From positions 1-53,337 of IMG/VR virus record IMGVR_UViG_3300031999_000027: a DNA stretch of 53,337 bases. One strand, 5' to 3'. How positions within the stretch are numbered: position 1 is the stretch's first letter; every line of letters begins with the position of its first letter. Positions 9,544 to 18,538 of the stretch are shown one piece after another. The DNA is from a virus. Taxonomy: Duplodnaviria; Caudoviricetes. The notes under the pieces are model-generated. The model searched no databases. It saw only the letters and a list, made by a program, of their open reading frames with translations, and was not told the DNA's origin. A program made the position numbers and the translations under genes.

Positions 9544-10355
9544 ACGAACGAAGCTCAGAAAGACTCTTCATACATAAAAGCGGTCTGAGCTCGTGGAGAC
9601 AATGTCCGAGAAAATTTTACTGGATGTATATCAAACAACAAGGCCCAGAGGTCTCAGACGAGAGCATCGCGATGGAACATGGAGCTACGTTCCATCATGT
9701 TGCTCGCCAGTTTGAGTACATCTATGACACTGATGTGTTGTTTGGTAGTGGAACTTATATCGATCGATTGAAATACTTATCGAGTTGTATTCCCAAAGGA
9801 ATCTCCAACACAATCTACGGATGGATGCAAAACCTAGTGGATTTCGAAGCCAGACGATCTTTAGATTGGACATTACCTCAGGGGATGTTCAAACCTGTAC
9901 AGATGGAAAGATATTTAGAATCCCCGGAGTTTAACTATGCGGGAACGTTTGATAGGTTGGACTATTATGATGAGGACTCTTACATCGTGATTGATTATAA
10001 ACCGAGGATATATAATATATCAATGATTAGACAGGAACAGGCGATCTACTGGGTCTTGATCAACGATCAATTGAAACTTGATAAACCAGTCAATCATTGG
10101 GGAGTCATCGCCTACGATGAGGGGGTTTATCACTCCGAAGAATTTAAGAAGGTCACATTCACAGCTCTGAAGAAGAATACGAATAATCTCTGGGAGAAGA
10201 TCCAAGAGTATAAATTGTCGGGCGATCGGAACATCTTCCCGATCAAGTCAGGGGAACATTGCGATTACTGTATGTTCTTGACGCTCTGTTGGAACGATCC
10301 AGAGTACATAGATGAAGTGATGGCTACTAAAAGAGAGGAGATCAATGAAGAATAA
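9540..10355 (+). CDS. Cas4/RecB-like PD-(D/E)xK exonuclease with Fe-S cysteines
   Basis: QCPRKF, GATFH, ERYL, GTFDRL, IDYK, QQAIY and C-terminal CDYC...C. Confidence 0.88.
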   Translation: MNERSSERLFIHKSGLSSWRQCPRKFYWMYIKQQGPEVSDESIAMEHGATFHHVARQFEYIYDTDVLFGSGTYIDRLKYLSSCIPKGISNTIYGWMQNLVDFEARRSLDWTLPQGMFKPVQMERYLESPEFNYAGTFDRLDYYDEDSYIVIDYKPRIYNISMIRQEQAIYWVLINDQLKLDKPVNHWGVIAYDEGVYHSEEFKKVTFTALKKNTNNLWEKIQEYKLSGDRNIFPIKSGEHCDYCMFLTLCWNDPEYIDEVMATKREEINEE

Positions 10356-10857
10356 CCTGTGGGTAGTGTTGGGAGTCGCAATCATGATCATATCTGCAGG
10401 ATCTATAATATATAGTACCCGTAGACCATCAATAGTCCCTCCGATAAATCAGACTAAGCTATTAATGAACGTCTATGGAAATGTGACCCAAGCTGTGTTA
10501 ATCTTCTGCCGCGTAGAACTCACCCCCACAGGCCCTATCATACGTAATAGCTCTGTTGCTGCATACACTGAAGCAACAGCGTATTGGGGGTTCTATGATA
10601 ACGGAACTTGTGTCATAATTACAGTTCCATATATGACCATCGGATGGAACGCAACTACAAACAGTAACACAGCGAGGGTGTTCAATGATGTATTCGGTTA
10701 TAGATATGGTAACTTAGATACATTCATCGGAGGGGTCAAATGGAATGATCTAATAGTAAGTTATAACAACCCTAAGGGGAACATGTTATCAGTTCCCAAG
10801 TTATCCAGTTATAATCAAACGAACACATTAAAAGTTCTAAGGGAGTTGCACAAGTAA
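10345..10857 (+). CDS. membrane-anchored/secreted protein
   Basis: N-terminal hydrophobic helix, several N-x-S/T sequons. Confidence 0.6.
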   Translation: MKNNLWVVLGVAIMIISAGSIIYSTRRPSIVPPINQTKLLMNVYGNVTQAVLIFCRVELTPTGPIIRNSSVAAYTEATAYWGFYDNGTCVIITVPYMTIGWNATTNSNTARVFNDVFGYRYGNLDTFIGGVKWNDLIVSYNNPKGNMLSVPKLSSYNQTNTLKVLRELHK

Positions 10858-11132
10858 TGGGCAAAAGATTAATTGGGGAGTCATCGGACAAAGATAAAGT
10901 CCTAGAAGCTCTGAGTTATCGAAACAGAAGTGTTCTTATCATTCAGAGGGAACTTCCTGGAGTTCAAGAAGTTCTCTTGGAGTGGACTACAGATCGTAGC
11001 CCAATGATCGTCACAGTATCCCAGGGAAGAGAATGGATGAAGGTGCTCTTTGCTACTGGAACACTGGTGACATTTATGGTCAACAGACCGGAGAGTATCT
11101 CTCGATACTCTCTTGTCATTGATAAGAGTTGA
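10857..11132 (+). CDS. hypothetical protein
   Basis: TAATG stop/start overlap with the upstream gene. Confidence 0.55.
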   Translation: MGKRLIGESSDKDKVLEALSYRNRSVLIIQRELPGVQEVLLEWTTDRSPMIVTVSQGREWMKVLFATGTLVTFMVNRPESISRYSLVIDKS

Positions 11133-11577
11133 TGAAATGACATGGAAAGAGGTTCTGAAGGGGTCAGCGGATCCCGATTTTTTATCAATAACCGTGCCAG
11201 GGGTCGTAGGAACCACCCGGCATGTAGTCATGAAGATCCCAAGAGGGAAGAGACTAAGCATGTCCAAACTCCGGACACTTATCAAACCTCTTGCGATGAT
11301 AGAAGTCAAGAATATAGCCGATCTGCCGGAGTTAATGAGGACGGATATGATAATACTCTCTCAGGTGGAGGAGATTGGGAAGCATCCGGGGCTCTTATCC
11401 ATCGGAGCAGCAATGGAGTCTGGTATGATAGAAGTAGACACTATCAACGGCAGGATGCTGTTTAATTCGTTTGCTGTTCTATGGTTAGCAACATCAGATG
11501 AGAACATCCCAGAGGGGTTCAAGAAGAACTCCACAGTGATAACAATCCCCGAAGAGGAGGATGTGTTTGAGGAATGA
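11113..11577 (+). CDS. hypothetical protein
   Basis: 154-aa ORF whose stop overlaps the queC start (ATGA). Confidence 0.55.
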   Translation: MSLIRVDEMTWKEVLKGSADPDFLSITVPGVVGTTRHVVMKIPRGKRLSMSKLRTLIKPLAMIEVKNIADLPELMRTDMIILSQVEEIGKHPGLLSIGAAMESGMIEVDTINGRMLFNSFAVLWLATSDENIPEGFKKNSTVITIPEEEDVFEE

Positions 11578-12305
11578 AAGCGATCGCCATCTGTAGCGGA
11601 GGATTGGATTCCACTGTGATGTTGTATGAGATGATCTCGAATAGAATCACTCCTGTGGTGTTGAGTTTCGACTATGGTCAGAGGCACAGGATAGAACTGG
11701 ATTTCATAGAACGAACGGCGAAGAAGCTCAATCTCCGGTGGATCCTCGAACGTATGCCGACGTTTAACTCAGCTCTGACCACAGGAGTAATGGGGGTTAA
11801 TGAGTTTGAGGAACTAACGAAGGCCATGATTCCAAAAGCTAACTACGATGACGCCTCTCAGAAAATCACAGTTGTTCCCAACAGGAATATGATCATGATT
11901 GCCATCGCTGGGGGATACGCTGTTCAGATGGGTGCTCAGGAAATCTGGTATGCGGCACATTCCGGTGATCATGCGATCTATCCCGATTGCCGAGAGAGTT
12001 TCGTCTGTGCGTTGGCCGAAGCCCTAACCGAGGGAACATATGAGAAGATTCAATTGGTTGCCCCGTTCATCAATCTAACAAAGACAGATATCGTCAAACG
12101 AGGAGCGTTATTGGGAGTACCATTCGAAGACACTTGGAGTTGTTATGATCCCCAGAAACCCCTACATTGGGATCCTCATTACGTTGATCTGCAGATGTTG
12201 CAATGTGGGAAGTGTGGAACGTGCAGAGAGCGAATCGAAGCTTTCACTAAGGCAGGTATCAGAGATCCTACTTCCTACGTGAAAAGTAAAGGAGTGAAAA
12301 CCTAG
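11574..12305 (+). CDS. queC: 7-cyano-7-deazaguanine synthase
   Basis: SGGLDS PP-loop, FDYGQRH, VPNRN, YPDCR, TWSCY, CGKCGTC. Confidence 0.97.
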   Translation: MKAIAICSGGLDSTVMLYEMISNRITPVVLSFDYGQRHRIELDFIERTAKKLNLRWILERMPTFNSALTTGVMGVNEFEELTKAMIPKANYDDASQKITVVPNRNMIMIAIAGGYAVQMGAQEIWYAAHSGDHAIYPDCRESFVCALAEALTEGTYEKIQLVAPFINLTKTDIVKRGALLGVPFEDTWSCYDPQKPLHWDPHYVDLQMLQCGKCGTCRERIEAFTKAGIRDPTSYVKSKGVKT

Positions 12306-12349
12306 GAGATTACTACTATGAATACTAATACTACTCGGGGGTCGTTCGT

Positions 12350-12766
12350 TTGATGTACCTGAAGTTTGATGAGATCACGTTTGAAGCGGCGCACTACCTC
12401 CCGGGGTATGATGGGAAGTGCGCTGGGATTCACGGTCATACGTATACAGTGAAGGACTTGGTTATTAGAGTGTCAGAGTTCCTAGATGACCAGGGGATCA
12501 TTGTGGACTTCGGGAAGATCACGGGGTATTTCGCCAAGGAGTGGGATCATAAATTCTTGATCCCGGTTGCTGGCATAGGCTATTGGGAAGACATATATGA
12601 ACACACAGGATTCAAGCCGATGATTGATAACAGAAAGGTTGTTAATTATGGCTCCGATGAATACTGTGCTGAGAGAATCAGAGATGAACTAATGGTGTTA
12701 CATCCAAACATCGCCGAGGTTCATTTCACGTTGTACGAAGGGAAGAACCATGGGGTGTCAGTATGA
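12350..12766 (+). CDS. queD: 6-carboxy-5,6,7,8-tetrahydropterin synthase
   Basis: FEAAH, CAGIHGHTY, VDFG, WDHKFL, LYEG. Confidence 0.93.
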   Translation: MMYLKFDEITFEAAHYLPGYDGKCAGIHGHTYTVKDLVIRVSEFLDDQGIIVDFGKITGYFAKEWDHKFLIPVAGIGYWEDIYEHTGFKPMIDNRKVVNYGSDEYCAERIRDELMVLHPNIAEVHFTLYEGKNHGVSV

Positions 12767-13071
12767 TCGCGTTAACTGCGACGACATCAACCTACGAGCA
12801 ACCCAAATGTCCGGGAAAGTGTTCCGAGGGAGATAACTTAGTATGTCCGTATGCTAGCTGGCAGTATCAGACGTCGTTTGTCACTGTAAACGGTCAAGGG
12901 GGTTCATCGAAGTTCACAAAGTACGTTCATTGTGGGTTGGCGACACCCTTCGTGTGGTATCCCACACCGATATTGAGCCCTTGCCCACATGCGACGTGGA
13001 CAATATGGTGTACGGCATTTGGTCTGGATTGTGAGACTTGTCCTGTGAAGAAAGCGAGGAGTGTCCAATGA
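12763..13071 (+). CDS. Cys-rich hypothetical protein inside the que operon
   Basis: ATGA overlaps with queD and queE; about 9 Cys in 102 aa. Confidence 0.55.
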   Translation: MIALTATTSTYEQPKCPGKCSEGDNLVCPYASWQYQTSFVTVNGQGGSSKFTKYVHCGLATPFVWYPTPILSPCPHATWTIWCTAFGLDCETCPVKKARSVQ

Positions 13072-13772
13072 TAGATCTAGTGGAGATTTTTAGAAGCATT
13101 CAAGGAGAAGGCCCCTTCATCGGGTCACCTGCTGTCTTCGTCAGAGTCCATGGATGTAATCTAGCATGTTCCTTCTGTGATACGAAGTACTCCTGGTACT
13201 CGAACGCCGGGGAGGGTTACAGAGAGGTCGATCCAACAATACTGATCATGGAGATTCTTGACATCGCGAGGATCAACGACATTATCGTCCTGACGGGCGG
13301 GGAACCTATGATCTATCAGGACCAGCTGACACACGTCGCTGGTGTACTTCCACATAAGATTCATATCGAGACTAACGGAACGATCTTGCCTCAGGGAGAG
13401 CAGATCCTCAAGGATATCGATCATTGGGTTGTGAGCCCCAAAGAATGGCAGAAGCCAGAGAATAGAGCTAAGGTCGAATGGTGGTTGGATCATTTCAAGA
13501 AGAATCTCACGATGAAGTTTGTTATATCAACAGAAGACGATGTCGAACTGCTTTCGGAGACGTTTAGACTTCAGAAGGCTCCGTTAGTGGTATTACAACC
13601 AGAGAGGTTCGCAATGACATCAGGGGTACCACATAATGGCAGTCAGCAGGGCCTATATCTAGAGAATATGAAGAAGCTCATTGAATGGGCGGACGCTCAT
13701 CTCAATGGCGTTAACTGGAGGGTTCTCCCGCAGCTCCATTATCTCTTGTGGGGAAACCGACGAGGAGTTTGA
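13068..13772 (+). CDS. queE: 7-carboxy-7-deazaguanine synthase (radical SAM)
   Basis: EIFRSIQGEG, GCNLACSFCDT, LTGGEP, IETNGT, VSPK, PQLH; ATG 13068 preferred over the longer ORF. Confidence 0.95.
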   Translation: MIDLVEIFRSIQGEGPFIGSPAVFVRVHGCNLACSFCDTKYSWYSNAGEGYREVDPTILIMEILDIARINDIIVLTGGEPMIYQDQLTHVAGVLPHKIHIETNGTILPQGEQILKDIDHWVVSPKEWQKPENRAKVEWWLDHFKKNLTMKFVISTEDDVELLSETFRLQKAPLVVLQPERFAMTSGVPHNGSQQGLYLENMKKLIEWADAHLNGVNWRVLPQLHYLLWGNRRGV

Positions 13773-13776
13773 AATA

Positions 13777-14448
13777 ATGAGAAACGAGCAATCACTTGAA
13801 GACACGATAGAGAAAGAAGGAGACTCAGGGTTAGAATCTACCCCGCATCATTATGTTCTGCATAATAAGGACAAGATCATGGACAAATTCCGTGAAATAT
13901 TGCTCCTATCGGGGTTTAATCCCTCGTCGAATCCATTGAGACGTACCCCGGAGAGACAATGGGAGGTTCTCCGAACTATGACAGAAGGGTATGTTATAGA
14001 CCCCACACTTGATAGAATGTATAGAGATTACGCCCTTGGAGACCTTCCCGGTGTGAGAATCTGCCCGGGAATTCACTTCGTTTCATTATGTGAACATCAC
14101 TTCGTTCCATTCTACGGTGTTGTCGACATAGCATACGTTCCTGGTAACGGCAAAGTCACTGGGCTATCTAAACTCCCTCAGCTGGTACAGAAGTACGCCC
14201 GAAGACCTCAGCTTCAAGAGAAGATGGCTGCGCAGATAGCAGACGAACTAATGCAGAGATGTGAAGTTTCCGGGGTCATGGTCATAGCTTCAGGTTATCA
14301 CACGTGTGAGATGATTGAGGGAGTCAAGGAAGGCTTCCATCGAGATAAACCTTATATCACACCAGAGATCCGGGGATCGTTCACCGCGGACACTGGGCTC
14401 AGGGAAGCTACGATGATGCACCTGGGGAGGTTGGCTAAGAATGTATGA
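13777..14448 (+). CDS. folE: GTP cyclohydrolase I
   Basis: RTPER, SLCEHHFVPFYG, GLSKL, RRPQLQE, HTC; ATG 13777 after a GAGGAG RBS. Confidence 0.95.
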   Translation: MRNEQSLEDTIEKEGDSGLESTPHHYVLHNKDKIMDKFREILLLSGFNPSSNPLRRTPERQWEVLRTMTEGYVIDPTLDRMYRDYALGDLPGVRICPGIHFVSLCEHHFVPFYGVVDIAYVPGNGKVTGLSKLPQLVQKYARRPQLQEKMAAQIADELMQRCEVSGVMVIASGYHTCEMIEGVKEGFHRDKPYITPEIRGSFTADTGLREATMMHLGRLAKNV

Positions 14449-14788
14449 TAATGACACCGACCCTAGTTCGAAAGCCAGTCCGTTCTTAGTGGACTTCGGT
14501 AGTATCACTCTGGAGGAACTTGCGGAGTATAAGATGGAGAAGGGAAGAGCGAAGTTTGAGAATCCAGATAACTATACCGCTGCATCGATGTTGATGAGGT
14601 ATATAAGACACATTGGGGAGTTCCTCAACTCAATCGAAGGTCTCGACTATGGAGCGATGATGGAATACATCGCTGATGTTCAGAACGTCGGATCGTTACT
14701 ATATCCGAAGCTTCAGGAGGATATGATCCAGCGGGATTACGAGATAAGTATGATGGAAGATGAACAGAACAGCAAAGGACCGAACTAA
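14441..14788 (+). CDS. MazG-like all-alpha nucleotide pyrophosphohydrolase-like protein
   Basis: Helical; HIGEF...EYIADVQN resembles the ExxE...ExADxxN pattern; follows folE. Confidence 0.45.
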   Translation: MYDNDTDPSSKASPFLVDFGSITLEELAEYKMEKGRAKFENPDNYTAASMLMRYIRHIGEFLNSIEGLDYGAMMEYIADVQNVGSLLYPKLQEDMIQRDYEISMMEDEQNSKGPN

Positions 14789-14970
14789 TCCTGTTCGTAG
14801 ACTTTATCTATATTAAAGGGGGAATAAATAAGGAATGTCTGTGCCAGTAGTTGTCTTCAACGGTCGGTTAACAAGGTGTATGTATAAAGAGACAACAGTA
14901 GTGGTTAACTGTAGGGATTGTCTATATAGGTATCAATGCGACGCGATAAATATCACGATTCCTAAGGAGA

Positions 14971-15627
14971 GTGGAACACCTGATATTCGTTGATAGTCGG
15001 GAGCCTCAAGAGGTAATGCAACGCGTCTGGGATAGGAAGATATCTCATATGGTAAAGGCACTCGAGGTGGGGGATTTTCAAAATGAAAAGGGAAACGCGA
15101 TCATCGAGAGGAAAAGACCGGAGGACATCTGGGGTCGAGTCCTTAACAAATCGAACGGCTGGGATGATCAGATGTCGAGATTGTCAGACTACGCATACGG
15201 ACACAACTGTATGCCATGGCTCATTGTTGAAGGCTCATTCGAGACAGCTTCGAGAAGAACTCATGGGAAGTTTCATCCGGAAGAAACCAGAGGAGCTATT
15301 GTCTCTGCGGCCGTACGATATGGAATTGCGGTGTGGAATGCAGAGAGTCTTGATGATCTCCTCACCACAGTCTGCTCTATTTGCGAGAAAGCTGATCGGG
15401 AACTCGGGCAGCCGAAGCAATTGCCCTTCTCGAGAGTAGCTATGGACAAACGCGCTGCCATACTAATGAACGTTTGCCACGTGTCAGCCAAACAAGCAGA
15501 ACATCTGTTGCATCACTTTGGTTCCATTCGAGGGGTTCTCCTAGCCACGGAGAATCAACTGTCGATCGTCGACGGTGTAGGGTTCATCACAGCAAAGAAG
15601 ATCTGTCAGTATAAGGACTCGGTGTAG
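14971..15627 (+). CDS. ERCC4/XPF-family structure-specific nuclease with HhH domain
   Basis: VDSRE, GDF, IERKxxxD, LIVEG; C-terminal HFGSI...VDGVG helix-hairpin-helix. Confidence 0.9.
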   Translation: MEHLIFVDSREPQEVMQRVWDRKISHMVKALEVGDFQNEKGNAIIERKRPEDIWGRVLNKSNGWDDQMSRLSDYAYGHNCMPWLIVEGSFETASRRTHGKFHPEETRGAIVSAAVRYGIAVWNAESLDDLLTTVCSICEKADRELGQPKQLPFSRVAMDKRAAILMNVCHVSAKQAEHLLHHFGSIRGVLLATENQLSIVDGVGFITAKKICQYKDSV

Positions 15628-15630
15628 GCA

Positions 15631-16767
15631 ATGTCAATCTATGATGAATTAATAGCGGAGTTTCATCATAGAAAATGCGCACATGCAGACATCTATCCCG
15701 GACATTATGCATGTTCGGTCGGTGCCCATATGTTCAACTTAGTTAATCAAGAGACCGAAGTTCTGATAGCCAATGCAATCCCTATAGATACGAGGCTTCA
15801 TATAATGATGGTTGCTCCTCCCGGTTATAGTAAGACCTTCTGGTTGGAGATGTTCCTAAGAGGCAAATGGTGTGTTTTGGAAGGCACGACTATCCAACAC
15901 GGGTTCGAGGGGTCAACGACCGAAGCGGGATTCGTCGGATCAGCATCAATGTCGGAAGGCGGGGATCCAGTCGTGACACCAGGGTTAGCGAAGATCTACG
16001 AGAAGGGTATAGTAGGTTTTGAAGAATTCTCCGCGTTGACAGCTATGATGAAGTCATCTCATAGTCAACAATTGGACGCAGCGATGCTCTTAGCGTTGGA
16101 TAGAGGCTATGTTGTGAAACGATTGCGAGCGGGAAGGATCGGGTATAAGACGAATGTCACAGTATTCGCAGGAACTCAACCTGCGAGGTTCGATCTGACT
16201 TCTGGTCTAGGCCGACGGTTCTATTATCTATTACTGATACCCACTGCGGATGATAAGGAACTAATCAGGGGAAAGATTAGAGAAGGCTGGGGGGTCAGAA
16301 TGAATCTCGATAGAACGAATAAGATCCGAGCCAAGATAGATGAAGTTCAAGAGGAGCTGTACAAAATTAAAAGTGTTCGTCGAACCCCTGCGGTTAACAA
16401 TCTTCTCGATGAGCTGAGGATGCCACCGTACGAAGAGCAGCTCTATATTAGACTGATAATCGGCTACAAGGTGATCACACAGGACTTTGGCTCGGAGTTA
16501 ACGTTAGATCTTGATCCACGGATTGCCGCGTTGTGCAAGCAAGAAGCTATATGGAGAAAGGCTATTCGTCGAGGACCAGAGATTGCCGAGGTAGTAGCTC
16601 TATTAAGACATAATGGGAATCAAATGAGCATCGTCGAACTCCGAGATGAGCTAATGGATTTTGGCATTGATTGGAAGAAATCATCGGAGTTAATTGCTGA
16701 ACTATCAAAAATGAAGATTCTCGTTCTGGGAGAATCAAATGTAACATTGAAAGGGAAGTGGGAATAG
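15631..16767 (+). CDS. MCM-like AAA+ helicase (short form) with C-terminal wHTH
   Basis: PPGYSKT Walker A, STTEAGFVG, PGL...GFEEF Walker B, AGTQP, GRRF arginine finger. Confidence 0.72.
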   Translation: MSIYDELIAEFHHRKCAHADIYPGHYACSVGAHMFNLVNQETEVLIANAIPIDTRLHIMMVAPPGYSKTFWLEMFLRGKWCVLEGTTIQHGFEGSTTEAGFVGSASMSEGGDPVVTPGLAKIYEKGIVGFEEFSALTAMMKSSHSQQLDAAMLLALDRGYVVKRLRAGRIGYKTNVTVFAGTQPARFDLTSGLGRRFYYLLLIPTADDKELIRGKIREGWGVRMNLDRTNKIRAKIDEVQEELYKIKSVRRTPAVNNLLDELRMPPYEEQLYIRLIIGYKVITQDFGSELTLDLDPRIAALCKQEAIWRKAIRRGPEIAEVVALLRHNGNQMSIVELRDELMDFGIDWKKSSELIAELSKMKILVLGESNVTLKGKWE

Positions 16768-16770
16768 AAT

Positions 16771-17244
16771 TTGAATGAGAAAAAAGGAACAATGTTAAAC
16801 CTCGATGTTAGTCTCGTTGAGCAAGCGAAGCTCTTAGGGATTAATATGAGCAATGTTATGAATGTAACATTGAAATATCTCCTTGAGGGATCTTCGTTGC
16901 AACCTATTAGGACCGATTTGATGCTTGTGGAACAAGATATAGCTCGAGTGAACAATGAATTATCATTGCGCTCGTTGGAGACACAAGGACTATCCGCGAG
17001 ACTTGAGATGTTACTAGCTGAACAGATCAATTTAAGCTCAGCGTTGGTTAACGCAGAAAAGGACACCTCATTGGCTAAAGTCTTGGAACGAATACGATCT
17101 CTGATGGTTACTAATGTTCCCTTAGAGGAGATCCTCGAGAGACATGATCTAATCAATGAATTAGAATCACTATTGTCAATGAAAGTAACCTACGAATGGT
17201 TGGAGACGTTTAAAATTCGAGTGATGAAGAATGACCAAGGGTAA
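16771..17244 (+). CDS. ribbon-helix-helix (CcdA/VapB-like) protein with coiled coil
   Basis: TMLNLDVSLVEQAKLLGINMSNVMN N-terminus, heptad-rich middle. Confidence 0.6.
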   Translation: MNEKKGTMLNLDVSLVEQAKLLGINMSNVMNVTLKYLLEGSSLQPIRTDLMLVEQDIARVNNELSLRSLETQGLSARLEMLLAEQINLSSALVNAEKDTSLAKVLERIRSLMVTNVPLEEILERHDLINELESLLSMKVTYEWLETFKIRVMKNDQG

Positions 17245-17461
17245 ACTCTATGATAACATTCCCGAGCCTGCTAGACTAGGGATTGGAAATACCAATGAGG
17301 GCGATTTCATATCCTATACGAATCACACCGCAAACCTCAAACTTCTTGATGAGGCCAAGAAGGAGTTTGAACAGATTAATCCTAATTATGAAGATAATGC
17401 AGATTGGCATGACGCCGATTTAGATGAATGGTTCAAGAAGTGGTTTGGTGATGAAGAATGA
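17231..17461 (+). CDS. hypothetical protein, paralog of 1204-1488
   Basis: DEAKKEF and FKKWFG shared with 1204-1488. Confidence 0.6.
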   Translation: MTKGKLYDNIPEPARLGIGNTNEGDFISYTNHTANLKLLDEAKKEFEQINPNYEDNADWHDADLDEWFKKWFGDEE

Positions 17462-17784
17462 GTAAAACGACTGAAAGAATAGCAGCCGAACTTCTTCATG
17501 ATAAAAATCATGAGGAATTAATAAACTTCCCAGGTGTGCTAAACACTGTAGTTGGGAATAAGATAACAGATGGGAAGGACACTGGAGAGATCAGTATTAT
17601 ATTTCTTGTGGCTAAGAAGAAGAAACTAAGGGGACTAAAGGTAGTTGATAGGATACCACCCACCTATAGGGGTGTCCTAACTGACGTCCAAGAGCTCTCA
17701 TCTAAGGACTTCGATCTAGGACCTACGGATGCTTCTAAAATGAGACCGTCTGATCAGAAGAAACTACTTGGGGTGATGAAGTGA
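17458..17784 (+). CDS. stand-alone protease propeptide-like domain
   Basis: PGVLNTVVGNKITDGKDTGEISIIFLV...IPPTYRGVLTDVQE resembles the N-terminal prodomain of Nal1-like/S1 serine proteases. Confidence 0.5.
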   Translation: MSKTTERIAAELLHDKNHEELINFPGVLNTVVGNKITDGKDTGEISIIFLVAKKKKLRGLKVVDRIPPTYRGVLTDVQELSSKDFDLGPTDASKMRPSDQKKLLGVMK

Positions 17785-18536
17785 GCAGAGATCCTGGATT
17801 ACCTGATATTGCAAGATTTGCAAGTCCTATCTATAATCAAGGTGCTTGTGGCTCTTGTACAGCATTTGGCACTCTTGGAGCTGTGGAACTTGAGATTAGG
17901 AAGATGCATAATACCCCCGATGAGAAACTTGAATTGAGTAGACGTGATCTTTTCAGCTGCTCTGGTGGAACTTGTAATAGAGGTAACTATGTGGATGTTA
18001 CAGTCATTGCAGCTGAGAAGGGTGTCGCATTGAATGATGATTGTCCATACGATGCGATGGATCATAGCTGTGAACAGGGGAGAACGGCCGATTGGTGGAA
18101 GAGAGGAAAGAAGACTACTAAGACTATATCATTCAAAACACACGATGACATGAGAGCGGCTCTTTCAGATGGATATGCCCTTGTGGGTTCGATGGCTGTT
18201 TACACAAGTTTCTTTAACTATAGGAAGGGAGTATATCAACATCTTCCTGGTGAACGGTTGGAGGGATACCACTGTATTTCTATGCATGAATATGATGTAT
18301 CTGATGAATCGGTTCTGATTCAGAACTCATGGGGTGACTGGGGATGTCCCAACCCAAGAAGAACTGACCAACCTTATGGCTATTGTTGGATAAAGATAAC
18401 AGAACTTGATCCTGAGTCATTCAGGGTGGTCGTAAATGATGATCCAATACCAGAGCCTGGACCGGATCCGTCAATATGGGAGAAGATATGGAACTGGATT
18501 ATTATCCTCTTGAGGAGGATATTTGGAGGTAAGTGA
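17781..18536 (+). CDS. papain-family (C1A) cysteine peptidase
   Basis: NQGACGSC (catalytic Cys), GYHCI (His), QNSWG (Asn); Pro-rich linker then an amphipathic C-terminal helix. Confidence 0.92.
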   Translation: MSRDPGLPDIARFASPIYNQGACGSCTAFGTLGAVELEIRKMHNTPDEKLELSRRDLFSCSGGTCNRGNYVDVTVIAAEKGVALNDDCPYDAMDHSCEQGRTADWWKRGKKTTKTISFKTHDDMRAALSDGYALVGSMAVYTSFFNYRKGVYQHLPGERLEGYHCISMHEYDVSDESVLIQNSWGDWGCPNPRRTDQPYGYCWIKITELDPESFRVVVNDDPIPEPGPDPSIWEKIWNWIIILLRRIFGGK

Positions 18537-18538
18537 AC

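Noticed and set aside
9540-10355. Cas4 as part of a CRISPR-Cas system
   Set aside because: No cas1/cas2 or array seen; solo Cas4-like nucleases are common in archaeal viruses
13038-13776. ORF-track starts for queE (13038) and folE (13681)
   Set aside because: They create long overlaps; ATG 13068 and ATG 13777 have RBSs and match the expected N-termini
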